Positions 39,123-51,600 of a stretch of DNA of 64,000 bases are shown here, in pieces. The notes under the pieces are model-generated. The model saw only the letters and a program-made list of their open reading frames with translations, was not told where the DNA came from and searched no databases. Source of the stretch: Botryllus schlosseri (Eukaryota); the NCBI GenBank assembly GCA_051294905.1, contig CM119373.1, forward strand, positions 5,520,001-5,584,000, given 5' to 3'. The position numbers and the translations under genes were made by a program. Within the stretch, counting starts at the first letter, position 1, and each line of letters begins with the position of its first letter.

Positions 39123-39864
39123 TAATATAAAGCGACAGCATTTACGATGTCGTGATGCATTCGTCCTCTCGCATGGTGTCTATAACTGATTATTTAATTA
39201 CTATTGTACAATTCAGACCCAGAACAAAAACAATTTTATTCAAATATTTGAAAATATAATTCTTTTCTTCTTAGTACAATAGTAAATTACATTTTCACGA
39301 TGTTTGTGGAATGCCAGTCTGCAAGGTCCCGTCAAATAACGCCTACTTGGAAAATATACATTGAAGACCCAAATTGATGCTGTGACCCGCGGCGCTATCA
39401 AAAACTGTGGAATTGGCCCGCCAACACATCTGAGTTTGAGACCTCTGCTATAGATAGATAATTACAATATGGGAGTAGGTAGCATCATATTACTCAATAC
39501 CAGCATGATTTTAATTTGCTCATATTTGAACAGGTCACGGTGTCACTATAATGTGAGTCTCGTAAATTTGTTATGATTGATGATAATAGTTAAACAAAAG
39601 TTAAATTTCGAGCGTTCGCACGCGGAAATGGATTGCATTATGAATGATCTCGCGCATCGCAACCTATACAAGGCATAAAAAGATATTCAATTTATTTCAA
39701 CACACAAATACAATTTAGATTGCAGCATGAGGAAATACCATTTAAGCCATTGACTGACGACGAACCCTTTGTAGTTATGATACAAAGGTAATACCGCTTA
39801 TATGTGTTGCTTATATCGAAAAGCGTTCAAATCAAGCCGAAATACGACGCAGGAAGTCGGAGCA

Positions 39865-42800
39865 ATGGCCTTGTATTCAATACTCTTTGCGGGATTGACC
39901 TGGACCGCGTTGCTTGTAGATGTATGCTACTCTTCGGGTATGTATTAACCAGCGACCTGTGTGATTATGGACAATGTTTATTAGTGATGGTGCGAAACCC
40001 CGGAAGGTTCAGTTTCGTGTGAACGCGAACCTTTTTGAAAGTTTCTGTGTGAGCGTGAACCTATGACGTCACGTATTGTCATACCGCTACTTCCAACACT
40101 ACATTTCTATGAAGTGATTTATTAATGTACATTGTACGTACACTGGGGCTGTTCAAAAATAACTGTTTTCCTCGGATTCCAGCCATTCACGGATTAAATT
40201 GTCAGGTTACCCAAACAATGGCTGCACACCAAATTTGGTTCAATTCTAACAAGTATAAGACTCCGCAGATCCAATTAAAATTTTAATTTATTGGGCAAAA
40301 TCAAGAAGAGAAATTTTCACATTTTTTTGTCAACCCCATGAAATTGTTGAGCTACCTTCAAAGACGATGCAAAACAAATTAGACTCAATTCTAACTAGTA
40401 GAAGCGGAGTTATTTGAGTTTTTCGTTGATAATTCTCGGATTATCCTTGGTCGGTGGATAATGGGGTTGACAGGAAAATTTGATTTTTTTTTAATTTTCC
40501 CAAATAAATTAAATATTTTAATTGGATTCGCGGAGTCATATATTTGTTAGAATTGAACCAAATTTTGTGTGCAGCGTTTTTTTAGGGTAACCTGACAATT
40601 TAATCAGTGAATGGCTGGAATCCGGAAATAAGTTATCTTTGAACAGCCCTAACGTACACGATACTTGGCGACAACTCAGGCCACATTATGTCACAATGCT
40701 GAAATACATGTTGACTTTTTAAACGTGGACAAATTTATCAACTGTTACAATCAAATGATATAATAATCCCATAAAATCCATGTCACCGTCGCTTTGCCAA
40801 CAACTTCGACGAGAACTTGCAAGGGAATATAAGCTTGAGATTAAACGGTCTGGGTCACACCATCCCTGATATTTACATAGTTGCCCACTATTGAAATTCC
40901 ACTTTCGCTAGCGAAACGATATGAAAAGCATGATCCACGGAATGCGTGAGCTCTGACATTGTGCTCGATCTTGCTCGGTGCAATCTTGAGTCACGCATGA
41001 ATGTCAAAAATAAATTTTAAAGTTGTATTTCCATCTGACTGGACGTATATCAGTGAGGAATGCATATACTTTCGGACTCGAATCTGACCAAAACGTATCA
41101 ATTTTGTGGCTGGTTCTGTATTGTGAGCAAATAGTTGCAGAGCTTCGTTTCGCTTTCATAGTTGGAATATAATTGAATATGAATTTGATCCAGTATCGGT
41201 TTACAATCTTGATGCAACCATTTATAAAGTCATCTACTTCCGCAAAGTCTAATTCAAGTCAACCTCTTAATATTTATTCAGATGGCTTTTGCAATAGAAA
41301 CTACATCAACGGACATTGGACCTCAGCAGGGAATTGTGAGGTCAGTATCAACTACGTTTCGTAGTTTTTTCATCAATAGTGCATAAAATAGCAATTTCTC
41401 GTGAGCTTCAGACTACCCAATTTCCAGTAATACAATCTCGCATATTGTACTATGATTTTTGCAGTGCATCATTCTAAACCAATAGACTGCTATCATTCGT
41501 GACTGACGCATTGTAAACGAACATTGCGTATTGTTCACGGATCCCACCGTCCCATGAGCTGTCAATAGAGTCATCAGCACGACATCTGGTACCAAATTTC
41601 GCTGTCACACTATTTTGAGTCTATGTGAAAAAGTAAATGCCCGATTTCGAATGGAGATGTATCCGATTGGTAAGAAGGCGCAAACGTGGTAACGTATAAA
41701 GATTCTACTACAACCTGGTATATATCTGGATATCAAATTGTGCATTTGGATGATTTACATTTCACCAATTGAAACTGGAATACGCAATGGCATGACGTTT
41801 TTGTCGCCATGTATGAAATTTTAAACTCCTACTGCTGTGCTCATCACTACCATTCCTCCAGGGCGGAACAGCGCTTGAAAATATTATGGCCAATTTGAAA
41901 ACGCTATCGGAAGAAGAAACTGCTTACACCACGCATTCCGGTAATTTCGCTATTTCTTCGGTTATCATATATTGAGGATACTAGCGAAGTACCACTTCCA
42001 TCACGCTTTGCCTCATAAACGTATGTCAAAGGTGGAAAAAGCTATTTTCGATACCTTTTTTTATGAAAGTTGCCAGTTTGAACCCATTTCCATTCCTTTA
42101 TCGTTTGACATCTCCAACGGGGTTGAAACAGCGGACGAACACCCCAAGTAGCACCTTGTAACGTGGACTTTGAATAACGAGATACTTATTGTTCAGAACG
42201 ATATACGGAACGATGGGGTCAATCGGGCAAGGTGGATATGGAAGAAGTTTCGACAACGACAACTCTTGTTGGGATTCCTTCAGGCAAGTCGTGTCAATCA
42301 ACTAGCACAAGAGTGGGAATCCTCTGGCCGCCTATAAATTATTGTCCGGCCGTCTACGCATAATTGAATTAGCAAGTGTTGGCGGCAGCAATTTCAATAT
42401 ACGAATATACTCCCAAATTTGTGAGATTTACGATGACGCGAGTTACGGTGACTTGATTTGTCTGTGCAAATATAGCAATATCCTTGTGATATGAGTACCG
42501 CCTTACAAATGCGAGACGCGGAGGAAATTGATGCGCCCGTGAAGAAATACCAATTTGGAGTCGTGAACGTCTCATGAAGGTTTTCGTGGTATACCTTTGA
42601 GCTTTGTTGGTATATCGTTTGACCAAACCAAAAATCTTTACGGGAGTTTAAAAAAACAGCATGAAACAAAGTGATTGAAAACAACTCACAGATTCATCAC
42701 CATTACATATGTGCCAAAAATTGTCGAAGAGAACCCCTGTTGGTGCAGGGTGGACCAACAAATTCTCTGGTCCGACTCCTATTCGACGACTACTTAGTCA

Positions 42801-45069
42801 TATACTTGAAGCTGGCGAGGTAGCGTGGTGGTATGATCCCCAGCTGCAACAGCAATGGGTTGCGGGTGCGAGTGCGACCGAGGTCGACTCCAGAATTCCT
42901 ACCTATATAAGTGTTAAAGGTTTATCTAGACTCTTCCTCACGATCTTATCCGGTCAGGTCATGTTGTGCGGCCGTGATGTGATTTTAGATTTCGCCAGAA
43001 CATTAAGAAAAGCATTTTTAAATGGTGAAATTGATTTCAGTTGCAAAAAATCGCGAAAATTGCTCTAATCACAGCACAGGTTTTGTGGCCACAAGAGCTT
43101 GTCTGCGAGTACTTATTGGATGACATAAACATGATTGTAATATGTAATAATGGCGGTGTGGGACAATTTCTGATTGCATTTAAGTTGAATTTTCCTGTTT
43201 TTAGAGCAACCGATTGAAAGCAGAATAGCTGTTACTACAGTTGGACGTGAAGTGGTTTCGACCGTCACCATCGCAGGCGACAATAGTACAAGTGAGTGCA
43301 GTGATATACCTATCGGCGGAGTGTATTCTATGCGTAATAACGGAAATCACATATCAGCTATCAACCACACCAGCTTGAATACCATAATATTGTTTATCAT
43401 ACCTATGGACCAGTATTTCTCAACCTTTTTACCGGTGGTATCCCTTGAATTGCCATGAAATTTTTCTGGTACCCCCTATCCAGGATTGAAAAGCAGATTT
43501 TGAAGCACCCCCCATAAAACGTTGGTCGTTGGCCTCCGTATAGGGTTTTCAACACAACTTCTGTGGATTTGTGGAACAGGAGAAGTAGCAGCGGCTGAAG
43601 ATGTTAATGTCAAAGGTTTCACCTTCGTGCTGCGTTTTAGGGTCCTAATGTTTATCGCAGCCTTGGGTCTTGGGTCTTGGTCTTTCTGGTGCGGAAGTTA
43701 CGACGAGCGCCGAAATGCCTGAGTGTGATAGTCCCGCACCAACAGGTTTCACACCACTGGAATAAAGCACCCAAATAGTCAGAAGTCACCATTCTCTAGT
43801 AAATGCGAAAAATACTAGACTCATTTCTGTAACTTAAGTTATATTTTTATTATTAGCCCACTCTGATCTTGTCGTAGGGGATGGCACAACCAAATTGAAA
43901 GCAAAAACTCTCCTGAAAGAAAATCGCGCGAAGCGCGATGAAAATATTCAAGTTGAAGAAATTCAGCGGATAAAATCTCACTTTTATGTTTATTTGCAAA
44001 ATAATTGATATCATTAAATAGCGGATGATTTCACACTGCATCCCTAATTCCTACCTTGGTGCCTCGCACCCCATGTGGACCATGGAGTTTTGAAAAGTTT
44101 TGAAATTTGAATTGAGTGCAATATTAATCCATTAAAGTACTCACATATGACATATTCGACCTGCGAAATAAATTGAAAGAATTGGTAAAGTATTAATTAT
44201 CCACATTGAACGAGATGTAGGTTGTCCGATTTCAATAATCGATGTACAACCATATTCTTCATCGACAGGCGTCGTAGTATGTTGATACAGACGCTTCCTT
44301 CAGCTGGCTTATACGAAATATGTGTTCGCCCTACGAATGTACTGATTATATCCAAATACAAAAAACACTTACTGAAATACTGTTTTTTAAATTTGGGCAA
44401 CCATCATCAATAAAACATGGCATCTCCATTTCAGCTTGCAACGAATCAGTCTTCACATTCACCGAGGAGAACCACATTGATTACGTGCTATACGATGGTA
44501 CTTTACCTGAGATGTCATCACTCACAGTATGTGCCCGGGTTAAGCCTGACAAGAACAAGGAGTTTGTGAAAGGATCGCTCATCAGTTACTGCGAACCGCA
44601 CGGAAGCGATTGCAACACATTTTTCGTGTTGCTGCACTCAAATGGATCACGCCTCTTGCTCGTTTATGTCAACTCACAATCCTATCGGTTCTCGGGGGCT
44701 CCGTTCATAACGACTCCTTCGCATTTGTACGTAGTGGTGCAGCCATACGAAGTTGGCTACTACATTAACGGTACTGAGCCAATCGATAGAATCGACCGAG
44801 AAAACGATACGAATATACCTACTGGCGGAGTGCTGATTTTAGGACAGGATCAAGACGGCAAAATAATCGGAAGGTCGCCAGGACAGCCTAAAACTCCTCA
44901 TCAGGGATTTCGAGGTGAAATTAAAGGACTGCATCTGTGGAAAAGAGCTTTGAGTACAGCTGAGATTGTGGATCTGCACCGAGCGAGATGTAACTGCGCT
45001 ACCTTCAACGAATCCAATTCGATCGTACTTGGGCACGTGACTTCTCACTACGATATTTGCAAAGGTTGA
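39865..45069 (+). CDS. Secreted pentraxin-domain protein D (about 310 aa) with a distinct N-terminal region
   Basis: Exons 39865-39937 (MALYSILFAGLTWTALLVDVCYSS), 41282-41340 (DGFCNRNYINGHWTSAGNCE), 41862-41940, 43205-43291, 44435-45069. GT-AG, phases 1,0,1,1, open frame. The PTX exon is closest to C (GGVLILGQDQD, QGFRGEI, LWKRAL). Confidence 0.78.
40144..40651. mobile_element. Foldback-type MITE with about 200-bp inverted arms, intron 1 of D
   Basis: t(g/a)gggctgttcaaa ends; arms include ggattccagccattcac.gattaaattgtcaggttaccc and its reverse complement; perfect TSD acgtacac (40136-40143, 40652-40659). Confidence 0.9.
42820..42952 (+). mobile_element. SINE 5' half in intron 3 of D
   Basis: gtagcgtggtggtatgatccccagctgcaac..gggttgcgggtgcgagtgcgaccgaggtcgactccagaattcc aligns to 5480-5610. 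Confidence 0.72.
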
Positions 45070-45446
45070 GACGGCTGCTTTTATGTTGCGATTTGAATTC
45101 TTCTTTGCTATTCATGGACATTTTAAATTTTGATAGTGTCTAAGCAAGCTTCAATATTTACTGTGCACATACATAAGATTTGATGCGTCATTACATCTTC
45201 GTCTTTGCGAAGACACGTGACCAAAATTAAATAATTCGCTCTAAATAATTTCGAATGAGTATGAGTACCACCATACCAACATATTTGGTAACATAACCCA
45301 TAGAAAGAATTTTCATGTCTTTCTTATCCAATAATTATACTTCCAATCGTTTTGATCCGTCCTATAAATCGCTATAAGTCTCTTGGAATCGTGGATTTAG
45401 TTTATGTTTATTTACTTTAACCTCAAATTCTGAGTCAAGTCTGTTA

Positions 45447-47397
45447 CAGAGCTGCGCAATGTGCGGCCCGTAACGAGATTTTGAGTTGCCTGCGAAAAGT
45501 TACCTGGAATTCATAACCTAAAACCTACTTTTGAATGTTATTCCGTGGACTAATATCGTATGCTGTGTAAACTAAACCGTATACTCGCTCATTATGAAGC
45601 CTGTTCATTGATGTGCCGTAATTGCGTAGCCTGCGTTCGTCATACGGGAAATTATGATTCAAAATGAGCCAATGTGCCGTAACAATTAAGGTCCCAAAAC
45701 GTTACTGTTTCCATTTAGCTTAGTTCAAACCTTATTTGTTGGCATTGTCACATTTACAACTCTCTGTGGTTCCAAAGCCCTTATTCGAAAAACAGGTCAA
45801 TCAGTGCTCGTGATTAAACGATTAACGGCCGGGCATGCATGTCAACAAGAATGGTGAAAATTCCAAGAACATTCGGAGCACAAATATTTGTTTACTTGAG
45901 TCAGGGGTGTACCAGTTCCTTAATTTGTGGCGAGCAGGTTGTCGTGGAGTAGATTTTGAGTCGGTAGAATGCAGTGTTGGGATGACTCGAGTCATGACTT
46001 GACTCGAGTCAGACTCGAGTCACCTCTTTCGTATGACTTGACTTGACTCGAGTTACTTTGCTCAAAGGACTTGACTTGACTTGACTCGGCGTATCAGAAA
46101 TGTGGATTGACTCGTGACTCGGAGCAAAATTCACGAGTCAATTTCAAGTCATAAAGTAAAAATCACCTTATCTTGCAAATGTTCAGATTGTTCTCCAAAC
46201 ACTTGTGTAACCCACGAGAGAGACCGATCATTCAATGACCATGCGTTTTACTGAGCCTCCAATATTCTCTCACAAATATATTGACCACAAACGAAGTGAT
46301 CGAAGCTACATCTTACGTTGTCGTTAACTAGTAGTAAAGTAATTTAATAGCAAAATATCTATTTCTGTTGTCTGTTCTTACCTCAACCGAACCTCTTGTT
46401 TTATTGAAATTGAAATCGAATATAGTTTATATACTCCCCAACCATTGGCGCAGACTCGAATTGTATCATATCAATACGTATAAATGGGTACTGTATTACA
46501 TTTTATCAATTCATTTCTCGATTCTCTATCTAGGCTGGTAACTATAAAATGAGGCTATGCAATTACTTACGTAGTTTAACAGTTCTACGTATATGTGAGC
46601 GATACAGCCTCTTATTGCAAGTATTTTTAACTCTATATTCGTTCATCTGTTCAGAATCAATGACCAATCAATCTGTTATTCAAACACGTAGCGAAATGCA
46701 ATGACGTAATCATGCTTCATACTTCAAAAAGGCAACTTGACTTGAATTTTGACTTGACTCGTGACTTGACTTGACTTGACTTGACTTGACTCGACTTGAC
46801 TCGAGTCACCTCCAAAAATCGAGTGACTTGATTTGACTCGAGTCACCTTCGAAAATCGATTGACTTGACTTGACTCGAGTCAAAATGTGCAATGACTCGA
46901 AATGACTCGTGACTCGAAGGTATAGTGACTTTATCCCAACACTGGTAGAATGACAAAAAAGATGAAGACAGACACTCGGCTAAGGGAAGGTGAATTCCGG
47001 AAACACTGCTACATCGACAACAAAGCAATTCAGCAAGCTGCACGCTGCTCGGGAGGCAGCGACCACGACAAGCCTTGTATTATCCTGAATACATTTTTAT
47101 GTCTTGATAAAGAAAAACGTGTTTGGAGGTTCAAGAAGAGTTTCAAATGTATCATGTTTACCATCGTTATGAATTATGACGGCGAATAAATTTTTTTTTT
47201 GATAAATTAATTGTGATTTTCTCATTGCCTAATATCAGTGCCTCCATGAGCGGCATGTATAAACAATGTATTTCCTTGCTTTAAATGTAGAAATACAATT
47301 AATACGCCGCAGAATATAGTTAAAACTTTTGACTTGGCCTACAATGTAATATCTGCTTTTAATATGGCCCTAAGATGGAAGATAATTGGAAACCCTT
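45447..47397 (+). mobile_element. hAT-Charlie/SPIN-like deletion derivative with transposase N-terminal remnant
   Basis: About 45858-45945 translates FQEHSEHKYLFT*VRGVPV../LICGEQVVV, resembling the GTF2IRD2/SPIN transposase zinc-finger start. Degenerate ends cagagctgcgcaa / ttggaaaccctt; boundaries approximate. Confidence 0.5.
45972..46944. mobile_element. hAT MITE (973 bp) with gacttgactc(gagtc) subterminal arrays
   Basis: TIR cagtgttgggat / atcccaacactg; perfect TSD gtagaatg (45964-45971, 46945-46952). Confidence 0.93.
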
Positions 47398-48698
47398 AGT
47401 CCCTAAGGAAGTTTCGAATAAGTGGCTATGTCTTCGACTGGATTAAGCGATGACTACGCGACGTTGCTCCTTCTCGTTGCCTGTGGCAGTGTGAATCACG
47501 GTAATGCTATCATTCCAATAAAAGCGTAAATAATCGATACTGCAGCTACACTACTACGCAAGTGATCGTGCCTGAACAGTTCTCATAATCGCTTTCATCA
47601 ATAGCATGGATAATGGACATGCGCTATCAGAGGCGCTCAGTAACAGAGTACTTCTACTTTTTCAAAGTACACAGGTAGTTTCCCACTACTTGCAGTGATT
47701 CATCATGTAAATGTAAGTTTCCGCTATATCGAATTCGTAATAATTTGTTATTTACTTACTATTCTCGGGTAAAAGTGCTATATTCCTCAAATTAGAGATA
47801 AAGACTGAGGAATTATAGGGCTGATTTTATGTTGTACCAAGAAGAATTTAATTCACACAACAGCAACTAAACCCAGATTTTTTTTCGCGCCTCGCGCAAA
47901 GATGATGTGCAGTGACGATCATGTTTTCACATGATATTAGGTAAATATTAATTTACATAGCGGGTTGCGTGGTTCCGTTCACAGCGCATTGTCCCCCATA
48001 TGGCATGATTCGTCACATCAAATATGGCTCATCACAGCGTTTGAAACTGCCGTTTCGCAATCTAGCATCTACTTATCGTAGCCTATTTTAGCAGCACTTG
48101 GCGTGTCCTGATCTGGAATAGTGGTATCTGACTTTTTTAAGCGCTAAGTCCCAACATTGGTATGTTTTAGCTTTGAAGCTATCCGGAAAAAAAGACATGA
48201 AATATGGTGGTGATCCGCAATTAGGCAATAATTTCTTTAATCTGATTAGTTCCGCTGTACAGCATATTGTCTCGTTATCGATACCTTGTCATTCCATTCC
48301 CTTCTGCTCTGCTGCCAGACATCTTGCTTAAAGCCACATTGGTTATCTTAACTTTAATAAACCTTAAGTCATGTTACGACAACGCAATAGTCCGTTTTCG
48401 ACACTAACTGTGGTGCCTGTTTCAAGTTGGAACATTCAACACAATACATCAGTTACGTAGGCCTATCTATGAGAATGCGCAATGCAACTAGCTCGAATAT
48501 GGACTGTAGAAAAACAGTAGCTGGTTGTGTATCAGCAGAAATCCGCAATTTACAATCCTCTTGTAATACTGCGATACATGATACGTTTTTTACGTTTTTT
48601 AATTCCATCGAAAGGCTTGACCAGCGAGATAAGCAAAATATATTACAACCGAGAATACATTTGAAACGAATTCTAAATCGCGGTCGTTTCAAGATCCA

Positions 48699-51600
48699 TC
48701 AGCCTCCATGACAGATGACATTCCTATCAACGATTACGCCACTGGTGGCGTACGAATTAGAACTATTGAGAGTGAAAATTGCGTCATCTGCGCAATTGCA
48801 TTGACCGGCTCCGTACAAATGTTCAATTTCCGTTGCGTCCAAAGCTTTATTCCAAAGTTGAAATCCGGTCATCTCACCAAGGAAGCCATGCGAGCGTTCG
48901 GACGATGGGTGATTTTGACCAACAACCAGCACGCCACCTCCTCGTATGCTTTTCATGCCCGTAAGGTCACGAGTTGTGAGTGTTCCATTAACGTATGACG
49001 TAGTCCAAGATTGGCTCATTGAAATGCACATATGAGTTTCATAAATGATTTCAGGTAGAATTAAAAACATTGGTCGCTGTCCCGGGACTGCCACACGCAA
49101 TGTCCTTCCAACCAAATAGATCGTCATGTCGCTATAGCTATGATGTCTGTTTATCCGGTAGCTAACTAGGAAACCATAAACCGGATTGCGATCATGGACC
49201 TTCCTCAGCCAAACGCATACAGTAAGTGACGTAATGTTAGGCAATGTATCTGCGTATTGGACGTAATCCAAATGTCCGGTTCTCGGGAATAGGATTTGAG
49301 AAACGTTGCATCCTGGAATATTTGCAACATATTATTCGAATCGGCTATATTTAGATTCTATCATCATAGTCTTAACACCGAAATAAATAGTAAATTATTA
49401 TCATTATTTTCAGCCAAATAATGTCACTACAATGTCTGCAAAGGGATACTATGGTGGGGATTGATTGAATTCACGTGTTTAACGTCGCAATGTTATTTCC
49501 TTCTCGCACTTCGTTCTCGAAACAAGCTGATGTTTTCAGAGAAACTGTAATTATTGACGTGACAAATGAGTGCTTTTACGAATAAACACAGAGAAGAAAA
49601 GTGTTTGAAACGTAATGATATGTTGTATCGATTGCCAAGTTTATCAGGGCCATGGGTCCGTCACTTTTGTCAAACGACAGGCATCTCATCAACGGCGACG
49701 ATACAATCATTGACAATAAACCTTAAATTCATCGCGATCGCGGCATTTTGACCCACTTCTCTTCAAATTGGTTTTGATGAAACAATTTGTCTATGCCATT
49801 GTTAGATAAATATGGCTTTTGTTTTGTTAAACATGAGTAAATTCGTTTCCAGGATTTCGTATTGCTAAGCTGGTAGTAGAATTTTGGACGGGACAAAATA
49901 CAAACATTAATTCAAAATGAGATTTTACCCACATATGGCTGACAGTAGGCCTACTCCTTCGTTGCAGCTGTAAAGGTATGTCATTATAACGAAAAATACA
50001 GTAACTATGTTCATATCGCAGAAATGATGACTGCAAACTTTTATGTTGCACCAACGCGTCGTAGCCAGAGTAGCGAGTCGGATCATTTTAGTCATTAAAA
50101 GTTAGAGTCGCACTTTTCATCGAGTCTCAATTTTCTTGCGGTACAAGACTGGGTGCGGATAGGGAGTAGCTACTTGAAAACTCACTAATTCGTGAGTCAG
50201 AGTAGAGTCGTGAATTTCAAATCTGCGGTGTCGGGAGCAGAGTCGGGAAAACGATTTGAAATCTAAGAGGATATCGGATCAAGTCACATACAAATAGGCC
50301 TATATATCTCTAGAATATTAGTGGTGTTAATGAAAGAACCGGCATAATTGAATCAGAATGAGATCTGTCAAGCTCATCAGCATCATTATGACCTGAGATC
50401 GTAATTCGGAATTTTCCTGGGTTTGAGCTCTTTTACTAGGATACCAAACCAACTCAATCTCCCGAACTCAACGGTTGAGGAAAATCTAATTTAGCTTTGC
50501 TAGTCTTGTCAGACAGTCACTATTTGGATGGCTTACCTGTAAGCTTGTAAGCTTTCGAAGTTGTCGCTGCGTGACTTTTTAATACCGTCGTTGTTGCCAC
50601 TGTAATAATCGTCATCGTCGTTGCTGTTGGTAATGTTGATGCTTTTGTTGTGGGTGTGGTTGTTACGGATGTATGTCTTGTTGTTGGTAGTGCAGTTGTT
50701 ATTGTGCTAGTAGGATTCGCATCTAAATCCCGGACTGTTGTATCCCCTTCTCTATTCGTCACGCGAGTTTCAACTGACGCTATATTTCCTCCTGCCATTT
50801 CAAATACTCTTTCCAGCGCTTGCAAATCCACCGCATCTGCTTAGAAATATTCTCTATATGAATGATTTGAACAATCGATTCTAATCATAATAATAGCATG
50901 AGCAATACTGTACTTCCAATCAATAATGAAAAGTTATGAATTGATCGAGGAGAAGAAATGAATGATTATTATTTATTTAAATATATTAAGAAGAAATCAA
51001 TTTACCCAGAAATTAAAGATGATTATGTAGGAAACTGACTTACCTAAAATTTCCTGTCAAAAGAAAAGATAACAACTGACAATACAATTTAGGCGAAAAA
51101 GTGAGTATTACCAGTTACTACCACCAATGGGGATACGAGAAATCGTAATATACTTCACCACTAGGTTATATGAGTGTGCACGCGGGTCAGTTCCGACATA
51201 TGGAATATGCATGAAGGCAAGATTTCGGGGCCGAACTTGTTAGCCTGATATTCACCCTATCCTATGCTGAAAATAGGTGCTAAGTGATGTTACTAATATA
51301 GACAACAAGTAAATATATCTTAAATTCTCAAGTTTTTTCAAGTCATTGTATATTTTTGCAAGTCCTGTCACTTGATTTTTAAGTAAAACGAGTAGAGCTA
51401 AGTCGAATGTTTATAACACAAGACATTATAGAATCGATAAAACCAGATATTACTCAAGCCATTACATTTGGACAGAATACTGGCGCTCTTCAGAGGTACT
51501 CCTAAGCAACTAGCATAGAAGTGAAAATGATATTGTTTGTCAACAATCGTGTCACCAAGCATGACGTCACCGCCATGAAATTCAAATATTCGATTTCATT

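Larger units (their letters stand above)
34660..39447. mobile_element. Inverted copy of the 20763-22231 hAT element expanded to 4.8 kb by nested insertions
   Basis: Ends ctgaggtctaaaac / gtttgagacctctg; TSD ctatcgat / ctatagat. Segments 34660-34805, 35550-36620 and 39125-39447 are reverse-complement similar to 20763-22231. Confidence 0.82.

Noticed and set aside
44320..44434. N-terminal extension of the 249-aa ORF
   Set aside because: Intron sequence that happens to be open; the acceptor tttcag at 44434 matches the PTX exon start of C.
45980..46920. CRISPR-like or satellite array of gacttgactcgagtc
   Set aside because: No regular repeat-spacer periodicity; these are subterminal repeats of a TIR/TSD-bounded MITE in eukaryotic DNA.
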